Shown: piece by piece, positions 41,051 to 51,381 of the stretch
Numbering within the stretch: the stretch's first letter is position 1
Layout: every line of letters starts with the position of its first letter
From: an uncultured Trueperaceae bacterium
Lineage (GTDB): Bacteria; Deinococcota; Deinococci; Deinococcales; Trueperaceae
Length of the DNA stretch: 64,000 nt
Direction of reading: 5' to 3'
NCBI GenBank assembly: GCA_963799485.1
Contig: CAWCXJ010000006.1
Span: forward strand, 32,001-96,000
The notes under the pieces: model-generated
Told to the model about the DNA's origin: nothing
The model's input: the letters and a program-made list of their open reading frames with translations, nothing else
Database searches by the model: none
Program-made: the position numbers and the translations under genes

Positions 41051-42313
41051 GTGAGAAAACTTTTCATCAAGCTGTCTGTGCTGAGCTTCGCGCTCTTCAC
41101 CGGACTCTCGTTCGCCCAGCAGAAGACCATTACGGTTTCGGCGTTTGCCGGTCTCGGCGACGCAATCCAGGTCATTATCGACAAGTACGAAAAAGAAAAC
41201 CCCGACATCAAAGTCGAGCTCGAGATACGTGAGTTTGCCGACCACCACAACAACCTCGTCACGACCCTAGCAGCCGGTAGCGGCGCGACCGACGTGGTTG
41301 CTATCGAAGTCGGGTACATCGCCAAGTTCGTCGCCGACGGCGGTCTGGTCGACCTCAACGCCGCGCCTTTTAACGCCGGTGAGTTCACTCCCGGGATCGC
41401 CGACTACGCTGTGGCCCAGGGCACCAGCACCGACGGTCGCCTGATCGCCATGCCGACCGACTTGGGGCCGGGCGTGATGTTCTACCGCCGCGACCGCTTA
41501 AATGAAGTCGATACCGACGTTCAGGCGCTCGAGGGTAGCTGGGACGACTACATCGCGTTTGGTAAAACCGTCACCCGCGACACCAACGGCGACGGCGTCA
41601 ACGACGTGTTTTTGATCGCCGACGCCGCCGACGTCTACGCCGCGATGATTCGCAGCGGACTCGAGGACGGTCAGGGCATCTACTTCGACGCCGACGGCAA
41701 CAACTTGGTCAACACCGAGCGTTTCCGCGAAGCGTTCCGCGTTGCTAAAGAAATCCGCGACAACGGCTTGGACGCTAAAATTGCCGCCTGGACGAACGAA
41801 TGGTACGAAGCGTTCAAGCAAGGCACCGTCGCCACGCAGTTTTCCGGCGCTTGGCTTCAGGGCCAGCTGGCAAGCTTTATGGCTCCTGATACCGGCGGTC
41901 TCTGGGGCGCAGCTAACCTTCCGGGTGGCGCTTACGCCAGCTGGGGCGGTTCGTTCTACGCCATCCCCGAGCAGAGCCAGAACAAAGAAGCAGCGTGGGA
42001 CTTTATCAAGTACATGACGACGCAACCAGCTTCGCAGCTTCTGGCGTTCGACACCACCGAAGCGTTCCCGGCACTTAAAGAGACGTGGAAAAACGAGGTT
42101 TTCGAGCAGCCCATCGCCTTTTTGGACGGTCAAAAAGCGCGTGAGCTCTACATCGAGGTCGTCAACAACATTGCCGGTACGGTCACGAACCCCGGCGACG
42201 CTATCGCTACCGAAATCGTAGCCACCGCCCTCAACAGCGTGCTTAACGACGGCGTAGACATCGACACGGCGCTCGCCGAAGCCGATCAGATCATTCAGCG
42301 CCGCGTGCGCTAA
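41051..42313 (+). CDS. Oligosaccharide ABC substrate-binding protein (CebE-like)
   Basis: Signal peptide; MPTDLGP..MFYRRD, WGGSF.AIP, AWDFIKY. Confidence 0.88.
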   Translation: MRKLFIKLSVLSFALFTGLSFAQQKTITVSAFAGLGDAIQVIIDKYEKENPDIKVELEIREFADHHNNLVTTLAAGSGATDVVAIEVGYIAKFVADGGLVDLNAAPFNAGEFTPGIADYAVAQGTSTDGRLIAMPTDLGPGVMFYRRDRLNEVDTDVQALEGSWDDYIAFGKTVTRDTNGDGVNDVFLIADAADVYAAMIRSGLEDGQGIYFDADGNNLVNTERFREAFRVAKEIRDNGLDAKIAAWTNEWYEAFKQGTVATQFSGAWLQGQLASFMAPDTGGLWGAANLPGGAYASWGGSFYAIPEQSQNKEAAWDFIKYMTTQPASQLLAFDTTEAFPALKETWKNEVFEQPIAFLDGQKARELYIEVVNNIAGTVTNPGDAIATEIVATALNSVLNDGVDIDTALAEADQIIQRRVR

Positions 42314-42320
42314 GCATTTT

Positions 42321-42347
42321 AGAGGAGACTGCGCCGCAGTCTCCTCT
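42321..42347 (+). terminator. Stem-loop after the SBP gene (partial terminator or mRNA stabiliser)
   Basis: AGAGGAGACTGCG-C-CGCAGTCTCCTCT perfect inverted repeat followed by ACCTTTT. Confidence 0.7.
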
Positions 42348-42394
42348 ACCTTTTGTTTAGAAGCGTCATGTTCCGAAACGTCTAAGGAGGTGTT

Positions 42395-43411
42395 ATGGCA
42401 AGTGCAAGGAGGCTCGGCTCGAGCCCTGAACCTGCGATGAGCAGATCGTCGCGCTTTTTTAAGTGGCAACGCACGTACGCGCCGTATATCTTTATCAGCC
42501 CGTTTTTTATTCTCTTCGCCGTCTTTGGGCTCTTCCCGCTCGCTTTTTCTGCGTACCTGTCGTTTCAAGAGTGGAACCCGGTGCAGGGGCTCGGCGCGAT
42601 GAAGTTCGTCGGCTTGGAGAACTACAAGTTTATTTTAGAGTTTTCTAAATACAACGACTTCTGGCCCACGGTCTACAACACCTTTTGGATCGGCATCGTT
42701 TCAGGTTTGGCCCAACACCTCGTTGCGATTCCGCTGGCGTTTATCTTGATCATGGTCTTAAAGCGCTGGCGGCACGCCTTTACCGTCGCCTACTTTTTGC
42801 CGTTTGTGACCTCGATTGTGGCGATTGCGCTGGTGTTCAGTACGATTTTCGGCAATCAGTTCGGCCTGATCAACCAGGCTTTGATTGCGCTGGCCAACGG
42901 ACAATATACTTCGTGGCTCTTCGGGGGGCTACTCGAGAACGGCACCCTGCCGATCAACTGGTTGGGCATCAAAGAGAACATCAAACCGGTGATCGCCATC
43001 TTGGTGTTTTGGCGGTATTTCGGCTGGAATATGGTGCTCTACAGTGCGGGTCTGGCAACCATTCCCGGCGAATACTACGAAGCGGCCAAGGTTGACGGCG
43101 CGAATATTTTCCAGCAGTTCTGGCATATCAGCCTGCCGCTGGTTCGTCCGATCATGTTTTTTGCGGTCAGCTTGACCATTATCGGGGGGATGCAGCTTTT
43201 TGAAGAGCCGCTTATTCTTACCGGTAATATCAACGGCGGCACCGACAACGCTGGACTAACCATGGCGATGTATCTGTACCGCGAGGGCTTTTCTTATAAC
43301 TCGATGGGTACGGGCGCTGCCGTGTCGTTTATCCTCTTCGCCATTATCGGCGTCTTGACGGCGATTCAGTTTATCCTTACGGGCCGTGGTGGTCTGGAGA
43401 CCCGCGAATGA
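42395..43411 (+). CDS. Carbohydrate ABC permease (MalF type)
   Basis: PYIFISPFF, GLENY, YYEAAKVDGA, MQLFEEP. Confidence 0.9.
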   Translation: MASARRLGSSPEPAMSRSSRFFKWQRTYAPYIFISPFFILFAVFGLFPLAFSAYLSFQEWNPVQGLGAMKFVGLENYKFILEFSKYNDFWPTVYNTFWIGIVSGLAQHLVAIPLAFILIMVLKRWRHAFTVAYFLPFVTSIVAIALVFSTIFGNQFGLINQALIALANGQYTSWLFGGLLENGTLPINWLGIKENIKPVIAILVFWRYFGWNMVLYSAGLATIPGEYYEAAKVDGANIFQQFWHISLPLVRPIMFFAVSLTIIGGMQLFEEPLILTGNINGGTDNAGLTMAMYLYREGFSYNSMGTGAAVSFILFAIIGVLTAIQFILTGRGGLETRE

Positions 43412-44352
43412 CGCAGGAGAGTGCAACACAGCGGAACGTAGCACAGCGGCCCGGGATGCAAAAACCTGGGATGCAAAAGCCTGGGATGCAAAAGCCTGGG
43501 ATGCAAAAGCCTGGGATGCAAAAGCCTAAGGTGCGCGTCTCGAGGATCATCTTAATCATCGTAATGATCTTGCTGGCACTAGCGACGGTGTTTCCGTTTT
43601 ACTGGATGTACATCCTGATGACGCATAGCCGCGACACCATCTTTGCTGCGCCGCCGCCCCTTACTTTCGGTGATGATCTCCGGCGCAACTACGACGCGCT
43701 CTTAGCCGCCGTCCCGTTTTGGAAAAGTATGTGGAACAGTCTCTACCTCGGGGTGATGACGACCGTTACCACGCTGTTTTTTTGTAGCTTGGGCGGGTTT
43801 GCGCTCGCCATGTACGACTTCCGGTTCAAAAAACTGATTTTCGGCTTTATCGTAGCGACCTTTTTGATTCCCCCCATCCTCAACCTAATTCCTTTCTTTT
43901 TGATCATTCAGGCGCTCGGTTGGATTAATGAGCCCAAGTCGTTATGGGTTCCCGGTATGGCGTCGGCGTTCGGCATCTTTATGATGCGGCAGTTCTTCGC
44001 CAGCGGGATGCCCAAAGAACTCATGGACGCGGCGCGAATCGACGGGGCAGCCGAGCTGCGCATCTTTTGGAACATCGCCCTGCCGCTCGTCCAGCCAGGT
44101 TTGGCGACGCTGGGGCTCATCACCTTTATCACCTCTTGGAACGGCTTTTTGGGGCCTTTGGTGGTACTCAGGGCTAAAGAGGTGATGACCGCCCCGCTCG
44201 CGCTCCGGAGCTTGCAAGGGCTTGCCGGAACCACCGACTGGGGCGCGGTGATTTTGGGGGCCGCGCTCACCGTAACGCCGCTCGTTTTAATCTTTTTTAT
44301 TGCCTCGAGACAGATTGTCGAGGGTTTGACACAGGGTGCCATCAAAGGCTAG
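43408..44352 (+). CDS. Carbohydrate ABC permease (MalG type) with N-terminal PGMQK repeats
   Basis: ELMDAARIDGA, WNGFLGPL, GLTQGAIKG. Confidence 0.9.
   Translation: MTQESATQRNVAQRPGMQKPGMQKPGMQKPGMQKPGMQKPKVRVSRIILIIVMILLALATVFPFYWMYILMTHSRDTIFAAPPPLTFGDDLRRNYDALLAAVPFWKSMWNSLYLGVMTTVTTLFFCSLGGFALAMYDFRFKKLIFGFIVATFLIPPILNLIPFFLIIQALGWINEPKSLWVPGMASAFGIFMMRQFFASGMPKELMDAARIDGAAELRIFWNIALPLVQPGLATLGLITFITSWNGFLGPLVVLRAKEVMTAPLALRSLQGLAGTTDWGAVILGAALTVTPLVLIFFIASRQIVEGLTQGAIKG
43450..43527 (+). repeat. 15-bp tandem repeat x5 (CCTGGGATGCAAAAG), in frame, encoding PGMQK
   Basis: Directly visible; the first unit differs at two synonymous positions. Confidence 0.95.
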
Positions 44353-44444
44353 GTTCTGCTGAAGTTGTAGTTGAACGTAGCAGTCAAAGACAGTGAGGCG
44401 GTGCTGCTGTCCGCCGCCTTGCTCATTAAACAAGGAGTTTTACG

Positions 44445-45797
44445 ATGTCTAAACCTGCTTTCCCCGCCGATTTCGTGTGGGGCGTAGCGACCTCTGCGTT
44501 TCAGATCGAGGGCGCGGTCAACGAAGACGGGCGCAGTGCTTCGATTTGGGATACTTTCTGCCGTACTCCCGGGAAAGTTCATAAAGGTGATACCGGCGAC
44601 GTCGCCTGCGACCACTATCATTTGTGGGAGCGTGACTTGGGGCTGGTCAAAGACCTCGGGGTAGACGCGTACCGCTTTAGTGTCGCGTGGCCCCGGATTG
44701 TTCCCGGCGGCGTCGGCGCGGTCAACGAAAAAGGTCTGGACTTTTACGACCGCCTGGTTGACGGGTTGCTGACGCACGGACTCAAACCCTACTGCACGCT
44801 CTACCACTGGGACTTACCGCAAGTTTTAGAAGACAAGGGCGGCTGGGTCGTCCGCGACACCGCTTACGCCTTTGCCGACTACGCCGAAGTGGTCACGAAA
44901 CGCCTGGGCGACCGCGTAGCGTCTTACGCGACGTTAAACGAGCCGTGGTGCAGCGCCTATTTGGGTTACGGCAACGGACACCACGCACCCGGCTACAGCG
45001 ACCAAAAGATGTCACTAGCCGCGACGCATCACCTGCTACTGGCGCACGGGTTGGCGCTGCCCCGGATGCGACAACACGCGCCGAGCGCCGAACACGGCAT
45101 TGTCTTGAACTTAGCGCAAAGCTATCCAGAGACGGATAGCACCGAAGACCGGGCGGCGGCTGCACGTTTCGACACGCTGAACAACCTGCTCTACCTGGAC
45201 CCGCTGTTTAGGGCAAAATACCCCCAAGCCGTGATAGACAATCTGGGCGCGCTGATGCCGGAGATTCATGAAGGCGACCTCCAAACTATCACCGCCCCGC
45301 TCGACTTTCTCGGTGAAAACTACTACACCCCGTCTTTTGTCGCAGACGACCCCGAAGGCGAGTGGCCCCACATTCGCTGGGTAGATCATCCCGACGCTGA
45401 AAAAACCGCGATGGGCTGGGAGGTTCTTCCCCAAGGACTGAGCGACATGCTTACGCGGCTTTACGACGACTACAAGCTGCCCTTGTACGTGACTGAAAAC
45501 GGTGCGGCCTACGACGACCCCGACCACCTGAGCGGCAATGAGGTACAAGACAGTGAGCGCACTGCCTACTATCAAGGTCATCTAGACGCCGTTCAAACTG
45601 CGCTCGCCCGGGGCGCAGATGTACGCGGCTACTTTGCCTGGAGCCTGCTGGACAATTTCGAGTGGGCGTTTGGTTACGACAAACGCTTCGGCATCGTTCA
45701 CGTGGATTTCAAGACGCAGACGCGCACCTTAAAAGACAGCGCCAAGTGGTACCGAAGTTTTGTCGAGCAGCAACGTAAAGAACAGGTGATGACATGA
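44445..45797 (+). CDS. Beta-glucosidase, GH1
   Basis: WGVATSAFQIEG, YHWDLP, TLNEP (acid/base), VTENG (nucleophile), DNFEWA. Confidence 0.93.
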   Translation: MSKPAFPADFVWGVATSAFQIEGAVNEDGRSASIWDTFCRTPGKVHKGDTGDVACDHYHLWERDLGLVKDLGVDAYRFSVAWPRIVPGGVGAVNEKGLDFYDRLVDGLLTHGLKPYCTLYHWDLPQVLEDKGGWVVRDTAYAFADYAEVVTKRLGDRVASYATLNEPWCSAYLGYGNGHHAPGYSDQKMSLAATHHLLLAHGLALPRMRQHAPSAEHGIVLNLAQSYPETDSTEDRAAAARFDTLNNLLYLDPLFRAKYPQAVIDNLGALMPEIHEGDLQTITAPLDFLGENYYTPSFVADDPEGEWPHIRWVDHPDAEKTAMGWEVLPQGLSDMLTRLYDDYKLPLYVTENGAAYDDPDHLSGNEVQDSERTAYYQGHLDAVQTALARGADVRGYFAWSLLDNFEWAFGYDKRFGIVHVDFKTQTRTLKDSAKWYRSFVEQQRKEQVMT

Positions 45798-45822
45798 AAC
45801 ATTAGAGAAAGAGACCGAAACG

Positions 45823-46785
45823 GTGTACCCGCTAAGCATCCTTCGAAAAAGAGTAACTTTAGCCTGGTTTGTGGCTCTGCTGCTCGGCTTGACCTCCGCC
45901 TTGGCTCAAACCAACGAGAAGTTTCTAGGCAACATCTATACGGGTCAGCCCGACCCGCTCTTCTCAAAATACTGGAATCAGGTTACGCCCGAAAACGTAG
46001 GCAAGTGGGGGTCAGTAGAGTTTACCCGCGACAAGATGATCTGGAGTGGTTTAGACCAGCTGATGGCGGCGGCGAAAGAGGGCGGCTACCCGGTCAAGCA
46101 GCATACCTTCATCTGGGGGCAGCAAGAACCCCGTTGGGTCGCCGATTTGCCGCCCGAAGAGCAGCGGGCTGAAGTCAGGGAGTGGATGAGGCTTTTTGCC
46201 GAACGCTACCCCGACGTTGAGTTTATCGATGTGGTCAACGAGGCGCAGCACTTTCCGCCGAGCTACAAGGGCGCGCTCGGCGGCGACGGTGAGACGGGCT
46301 GGGACTGGCTTATCTGGTCGTTCGAGCAGGCCAGGGAGTTTTTTCCCAACAGCAAACTGCTGATCAACGACTACAATATCCTCTGCTGTTCGGGTGAGTT
46401 AGAAGTCTACAAAACGCAGATTCAGCTCCTCAAAGAGCGCGGCCTCGTAGACGGGATTGGGGTGCAGGCGCACGGCCTCGAGACCGTCCTCCCTTCGACC
46501 GTAAAACGCAGTCTGGACAGCTTAGCGGAACTCGAGCTACCTATCTACGTCTCTGAGCTTGATCTGCGCGAGTCGGACGACCAGGCGCAGCTGCAAATCT
46601 ATCAGGACATCTTTCCGGTGTTGTGGGATCATCCGGCGGTTGCGGGCGTGACGTTATGGGGCTATAAAGCCGGTGAAATGTGGCGCGACAACGCCGAACT
46701 CATCGACTGGTTCGACGAAGAGAGACCCGCGCTCACCTGGCTGATGAAGTACACCAAGCAGTCCCGGGCCACCACAAAAAAGTAA
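45823..46785 (+). CDS. Secreted endo-1,4-beta-xylanase, GH10
   Basis: Signal peptide; VTPENVGKW, HTFIW..QEP, DVVNE, INDYN, IGVQAH, VSELD, VTLWG. Confidence 0.9.
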   Translation: MYPLSILRKRVTLAWFVALLLGLTSALAQTNEKFLGNIYTGQPDPLFSKYWNQVTPENVGKWGSVEFTRDKMIWSGLDQLMAAAKEGGYPVKQHTFIWGQQEPRWVADLPPEEQRAEVREWMRLFAERYPDVEFIDVVNEAQHFPPSYKGALGGDGETGWDWLIWSFEQAREFFPNSKLLINDYNILCCSGELEVYKTQIQLLKERGLVDGIGVQAHGLETVLPSTVKRSLDSLAELELPIYVSELDLRESDDQAQLQIYQDIFPVLWDHPAVAGVTLWGYKAGEMWRDNAELIDWFDEERPALTWLMKYTKQSRATTKK

Positions 46786-46840
46786 ACCTCGCTGCTTTTA
46801 TGCTCAAACTCCGTTCCATTTCTGCCCGACTGAGGTAATT

Positions 46841-48436
46841 TTGAAAAACACCATTCAGAACCCCGTTTTACGGGGCTTTAACCCTGACCCCGCCATCACC
46901 CGCGCCGGTGACGACTACTTTATTGCCACGTCCACCTTCGAGTGGTTTCCCGGGGTGCAGATACACCACTCCAAAGACCTCATCAACTGGCGTTTGGCGG
47001 CGCGTCCGCTCACCCGCCAAAGCCAGCTCGACATGCGCGGCAATCCCGATTCGGGCGGCGTCTGGGCACCCGACCTCAGCTACTCGGAAGGGCTGTTTTA
47101 TCTTATCTACACCGACGTAAAAACCTGGGCGACCGGACACCGTTTCAAGGATACGCACAACTATCTGGTGACGGCTCCGGATATTACGGGGCCGTGGTCG
47201 GAGCCGGTTTACCTGAACAGCAGCGGCTTCGACCCCGGTTTGTTTCACGACGACGGGCGCAAATGGCTGGTCAACATGCTTCACGAGCACCGTAAAGGAC
47301 GCAATCAGTTTGCCGGAATCGTCTTGCAAGAGTACTCACCGGATGAACAAAAGCTGGTCGGGCCCGTAAAAAACATCTTTGGGGGCACCGACGTCGGGCT
47401 GGTCGAAGGGCCGCACCTCTACAAGAAGGGCGGCTGGTACTATCTGCTTACCGCTGAGGGCGGCACGGTATTTGAGCACGCGAGTACGGTGGCGCGTTCA
47501 CGAACGCTCGAGGGCCCCTATGAGGTTCATCCGCACAATCCGCTCTTGACCTCACACGGCAACCCCGAGCTTTACTTGCAAAAAGCCGGACACGCCAGCT
47601 GGGTGGAAACGCAAGGTGGTTGGTACATGGCGCACCTTTGCGGCAGGCCGCTTACACCCTTGGGTGCGTGTAATCTGGGTCGTGAGACCTCGTTGCAAAA
47701 GCTGACGTGGCGTGACGGCTGGCCGTGGTTGGACGGCGAAGGCGAGGGTTCAAACAACCCTAAACGTTACGTTCCCGCTCCCGACCTGCCGGAACACCGC
47801 TTCCCTGCCGAACCCGAAACCGACGACTTTGACGGCGACGCGCTCGGTATCCACTGGCAGAGCGTCCGCGTCCCGGTTGACGATTGGCTGACGCTCACCG
47901 AACGCCCCGGATTTTTGCGGCTTTACGGGCGCGAATCGCTCGCGTCTCGTTTCAGTCAGAGCTTGATCGGGCGGCGGTTGCAGGCGAAACACGCCCAGGC
48001 GGAAACGTGCGTGGAGTTTGAGCCCGAGTCGTTTCAGCAAATGGCAGGTCTGGCGGCTTTTTATCAGACCGACAACTGGGTCTACCTGCGCGTGAGCCGC
48101 GACGAAAAACTCGGCAAAACCTTGAACATCCTCACCTACGAAAACCGCGAGTACGACGAACCGCTCGCTGAAGAGGTCGCTGTCGGTGACGCTGAGCGGG
48201 TCTATTTGCGGGTGACGTTTACGGGGGAGACGTTCTATTTCGAGTACGCTTTGGAGCCCCAAGCGTGGCGGCGTATCGGCCCGGATTTTGCCTCGAGCCG
48301 CCTTGCCGACGAGACCTGTTCAGGGCTGAGCTTTACGGGGACGTTCATCGCCCTGTGCGCCCAAGACTTGAGCGGCGGGCGTAAACACGCTGATTTTGAC
48401 TTCTTTAGCTACCGTGAGCAAGACGAAGAAAACTAG
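46841..48436 (+). CDS. Beta-xylosidase/arabinofuranosidase, GH43 (XynB-like)
   Basis: NPVLRGFNPDP, ATSTFEWFPG, WAPD, FDP, EGPHLY, GRET, C-terminal beta-sandwich FTGTF. Confidence 0.9.
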   Translation: MKNTIQNPVLRGFNPDPAITRAGDDYFIATSTFEWFPGVQIHHSKDLINWRLAARPLTRQSQLDMRGNPDSGGVWAPDLSYSEGLFYLIYTDVKTWATGHRFKDTHNYLVTAPDITGPWSEPVYLNSSGFDPGLFHDDGRKWLVNMLHEHRKGRNQFAGIVLQEYSPDEQKLVGPVKNIFGGTDVGLVEGPHLYKKGGWYYLLTAEGGTVFEHASTVARSRTLEGPYEVHPHNPLLTSHGNPELYLQKAGHASWVETQGGWYMAHLCGRPLTPLGACNLGRETSLQKLTWRDGWPWLDGEGEGSNNPKRYVPAPDLPEHRFPAEPETDDFDGDALGIHWQSVRVPVDDWLTLTERPGFLRLYGRESLASRFSQSLIGRRLQAKHAQAETCVEFEPESFQQMAGLAAFYQTDNWVYLRVSRDEKLGKTLNILTYENREYDEPLAEEVAVGDAERVYLRVTFTGETFYFEYALEPQAWRRIGPDFASSRLADETCSGLSFTGTFIALCAQDLSGGRKHADFDFFSYREQDEEN

Positions 48437-48473
48437 GCGCAAAAAACCGACTTGACAACTCTGATACGTTTGG

Positions 48474-48499
48474 CAGGCACACTTTTTACGGTGTGCCTG
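48474..48499. terminator. Hairpin between convergent GH43 and FNR genes
   Basis: CAGGCACAC-TTTTTACG-GTGTGCCTG. Confidence 0.6.
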
Positions 48500-48532
48500 T
48501 TCGGTTTGCGCAGGTGCGGGAGCTTTACGGCG

Positions 48533-49918
48533 TTATTTGCTCAGCTCGCGTGCGCGGCTGAGCATCTCTTCGATGCGGGTCAGCTTGACGCGCGGACGGC
48601 CCTGCGCTTGACCGGCCTCGAGTTCTAGAGCGTCTAACTCGCGCCAGTAGTCAAACGGGAAAAAGTTGACACCTTTCTCGGTTAGATACTGTTCGATTTG
48701 CGCCGGATTACGGTCGGCGTCGGCGACGCGCGCGATATTTGGGGCATCTTCTAAAAGTGACCGTACCGACTCGGCGGCGTCGGCCTTGTTGGTGCCGATC
48801 ACGCCCGTCGGCCCGCGTTTAATCCAGCCGGCAACGTATTCGCCGGGAACGACCGGCCCGCCGACCGACGCAGTGACGCGGCCCTCTGCGTTGGGAATCA
48901 CGCCGCGTTTGGGGTCGAACGGGACTTCGGGGAGCGCAACGCCCTTGTACCCGACCGACCGTAACACCAGACCGACCGGTAGCACCTCGGTTTCGCCTGT
49001 AGGGGCGGCCTCGAGCCACCCGTCACGCTCACGCAGTTCGTTTTTCTGAACGCGGAGCCCCTCGACCTTACTTTCGCCCAAGACCTCAACCGGCGAACTG
49101 AGAAACTTGATATGCACCCGGCGCGGTTTGCCGGTCAGCGCCCGTCCGGAAAAATCCCGCAACACCTCGACGTTTTTGGCGACCATCTTGTCGTCTGCCA
49201 AAGACGCCTCGCTCAGCGCGTCGAGTTCCATGTCTGCAGGGTCTACCACAATGTCGGCGTTCGCCAGCTCACCGAGTTCGCGGAGTTCCTTGGTCGTAAA
49301 CTTGCCCTGCGCGGGACCGCGCCGCCCGAGCATGTAGATATCCGTGACCTGACTCGCTTGCAGCGCAGTGACGGCGTGGTCGGCGATATCGGTAGTGCGG
49401 AGTTCGTCGGCGGTTTTCGCCAAAATCCGCGTGACGTCAACCGCGACGTTGCCCATCCCGATGACCGCGACACTTTTTACGGCGAGGTCGGGCTCGAGGT
49501 CGGCAAAATCCGGGTGTCCGTTGTACCAGGCGACGAACTCGGTTGCCGACAGACTACCGGGCAGGCTTTCACCGGGGATGCCTAAGGGCCGGTCGGAGGG
49601 TGCGCCGACGGTGTAAAAAATCGCGTCGTAAAAGCGCCGTAATTCGTCCAGCGTCAGGTCTTTGCCGTAAGCGACGTGTCCGAAAAAGCGCACACGCGGG
49701 TCGTCCAGCGTCTTTTGATAGAGCTTGGTGACGCTTTTGATCTTCTGGTGGTCGGGCGCGACGCCGTAACGAACCAACCCAAAGGGGGTCGGCAAGCGGT
49801 CGAAAAGGTCGACGGTGACCGGAATATCTTGTTTGATGAGCGCGTCTGCGGCGAAAAATCCGGAGGGGCCAGCGCCGACGATGCCGACGCGTAAGGGGCG
49901 TTCTGGCGAGTAGGTCAT
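48533..49918 (-). CDS. Ferredoxin--NADP+ reductase (FprA/adrenodoxin reductase type)
   Basis: GAGPSG, PFGLVRYGVAPDH, GMGNVAVD, GRRGP, GWIKRGPTGVIGTN. Confidence 0.9.
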   Translation of the reverse strand: MTYSPERPLRVGIVGAGPSGFFAADALIKQDIPVTVDLFDRLPTPFGLVRYGVAPDHQKIKSVTKLYQKTLDDPRVRFFGHVAYGKDLTLDELRRFYDAIFYTVGAPSDRPLGIPGESLPGSLSATEFVAWYNGHPDFADLEPDLAVKSVAVIGMGNVAVDVTRILAKTADELRTTDIADHAVTALQASQVTDIYMLGRRGPAQGKFTTKELRELGELANADIVVDPADMELDALSEASLADDKMVAKNVEVLRDFSGRALTGKPRRVHIKFLSSPVEVLGESKVEGLRVQKNELRERDGWLEAAPTGETEVLPVGLVLRSVGYKGVALPEVPFDPKRGVIPNAEGRVTASVGGPVVPGEYVAGWIKRGPTGVIGTNKADAAESVRSLLEDAPNIARVADADRNPAQIEQYLTEKGVNFFPFDYWRELDALELEAGQAQGRPRVKLTRIEEMLSRARELSK

Positions 49919-50106
49919 GGTGGGTTCCTTTAGCGTGGGTTACTGCAAGGGAGGTGGTGGCTCGAGCAGCCGGGTCTTGCGAGTGCATCTCGCAACCTTG
50001 CTGTTACCCCTACCATAACGCAGCCCGGCCCGGATGACCAGCAGCTTGTAAACGCGCCCGATATTTTTTTGGGTCAAGGTACTGAAACAGCTAAAACCTG
50101 AGACAG

Positions 50107-50604
50107 CTAAAACCTAAAGCTGACGCCGCTGCCGAAATAGACCGACACACCTGTTCCGGTGAGGCTACGACTTGCCAACCCCAAGTCGAAGTTGGCCCAG
50201 ATAGGCAGTGACGCCGCTGTCCCGAACAGCGCCGCGTAGGAAAACTCAAGGCCCACCCCGCCTCCAAAGGTAAAAACCGTAAAGGGGTCGCCGAAATAGG
50301 CGGCGTAATATACGGGGTCCGGGCCGAACAAACCCGTACCGAAGCCGTACACGCGGTAGGCAGGTTCAAAGACGAAGCTGTAGGAGGCTTTGAGGCCGTA
50401 GGCACTCAGCTCTCCCAAGGGGCTGACGATACCCTCGAGCGCCAGCGCGTCGGTCAGGTCGGCTTTGAGCGAAATGGCTAGCAGCGGACGCGGAAACGCA
50501 CTATAAAATCCGACTCCCAACCGGCCCCGCTCCTGCGCCGAACCGAACGGCAAAACCGCGAACAGTAGCGCAGCGAGAACGCAGCCGTACCGTCTTTTGA
50601 ACAT
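50107..50604 (-). CDS. Putative small outer-membrane beta-barrel protein
   Basis: Signal peptide, alternating Gly/aromatic strands, C-terminal ...GVSFRF. Confidence 0.55.
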   Translation of the reverse strand: MFKRRYGCVLAALLFAVLPFGSAQERGRLGVGFYSAFPRPLLAISLKADLTDALALEGIVSPLGELSAYGLKASYSFVFEPAYRVYGFGTGLFGPDPVYYAAYFGDPFTVFTFGGGVGLEFSYAALFGTAASLPIWANFDLGLASRSLTGTGVSVYFGSGVSFRF

Positions 50605-50752
50605 GGCGTTAGTTTAGCAAAGTCTTGCGCACCACAAACGTCGCCGGGTGACGTAAAACTCCGGCAACGCTCTGCGTCTTCGCTGCTACTTTGGCAAACA
50701 CGAAAAAACGCGCCGGTAAAGCTGGCGCGGGCATAAAGGTAGCGGTAAACGG

Positions 50753-51352
50753 TTACTGCGGCTCGACGTTCAGGTACGCCCAGCTAAACGCCAGGCTGTT
50801 GTTGCCGGCGGTATCGCTAATGAACGGGCGGAAGGCGTAGGCGGTTTCCCCGGGTTGCTGAATGTTTTGCGCGTCCGGGGCGACTGTAACCGCAACCGTA
50901 CAGGTGAGTTCGGTCGGGGTTAATTCGACGGCGGTTTCACAATCGTTTGAGGCGATGGTAAAGGGGCCGGTCGGCAGCGGGCCGGCGTCCGCCGAATTAC
51001 GCAGGTAGACCTGCGCGTCACTGATGCCGTCGGGGTCGGCAAAGGTAAGCTCGAGGTAAAAGGTGCTGCCTGCCGGAACGCTCACTGCGTTAAGGGCGTC
51101 GCCGGTACTCGTGACGAAGGTTTCATTGTCGGCGCTGATGCCGATCGTGCCCTGCGGGTCGGACGTTTGCGCCGGAACGTCACCGGGAGCGGCGGGATTG
51201 GCGTCTGCCGGGTCGGCGGGAACAAGGGTCACTGCGGGCTCTTCGGGTGCAGCCACCGGGGGAACGGGCTCGAGTTCGGTCGGCTGCGTCCCCGGCGAAC
51301 AAGCAGCAAGGAGCAGGGCTAAAGCAGCGGCGTAAATGATAGAACGGTTCAT
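50753..51352 (-). CDS. Lipoprotein with Pro/Ala linker and probable Ig-like domain
   Basis: Lipobox LAAC; DPDG..DTAGN beta-rich C-terminal domain with a Cys pair. Confidence 0.65.
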   Translation of the reverse strand: MNRSIIYAAALALLLAACSPGTQPTELEPVPPVAAPEEPAVTLVPADPADANPAAPGDVPAQTSDPQGTIGISADNETFVTSTGDALNAVSVPAGSTFYLELTFADPDGISDAQVYLRNSADAGPLPTGPFTIASNDCETAVELTPTELTCTVAVTVAPDAQNIQQPGETAYAFRPFISDTAGNNSLAFSWAYLNVEPQ

Positions 51353-51381
51353 AAGACCTCCCTTAGTACGGCACTTTAACA

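Noticed and set aside
41498..42568. 356-aa minus-strand ORF (and similar long shadows such as 12002-12859 and 20302-21054)
   Set aside because: Antisense to well-supported genes; typical GC-rich shadow ORFs with no motifs
43450..43527. Possible CRISPR array
   Set aside because: Contiguous 15-bp units without spacers, in frame within a CDS, and no cas genes
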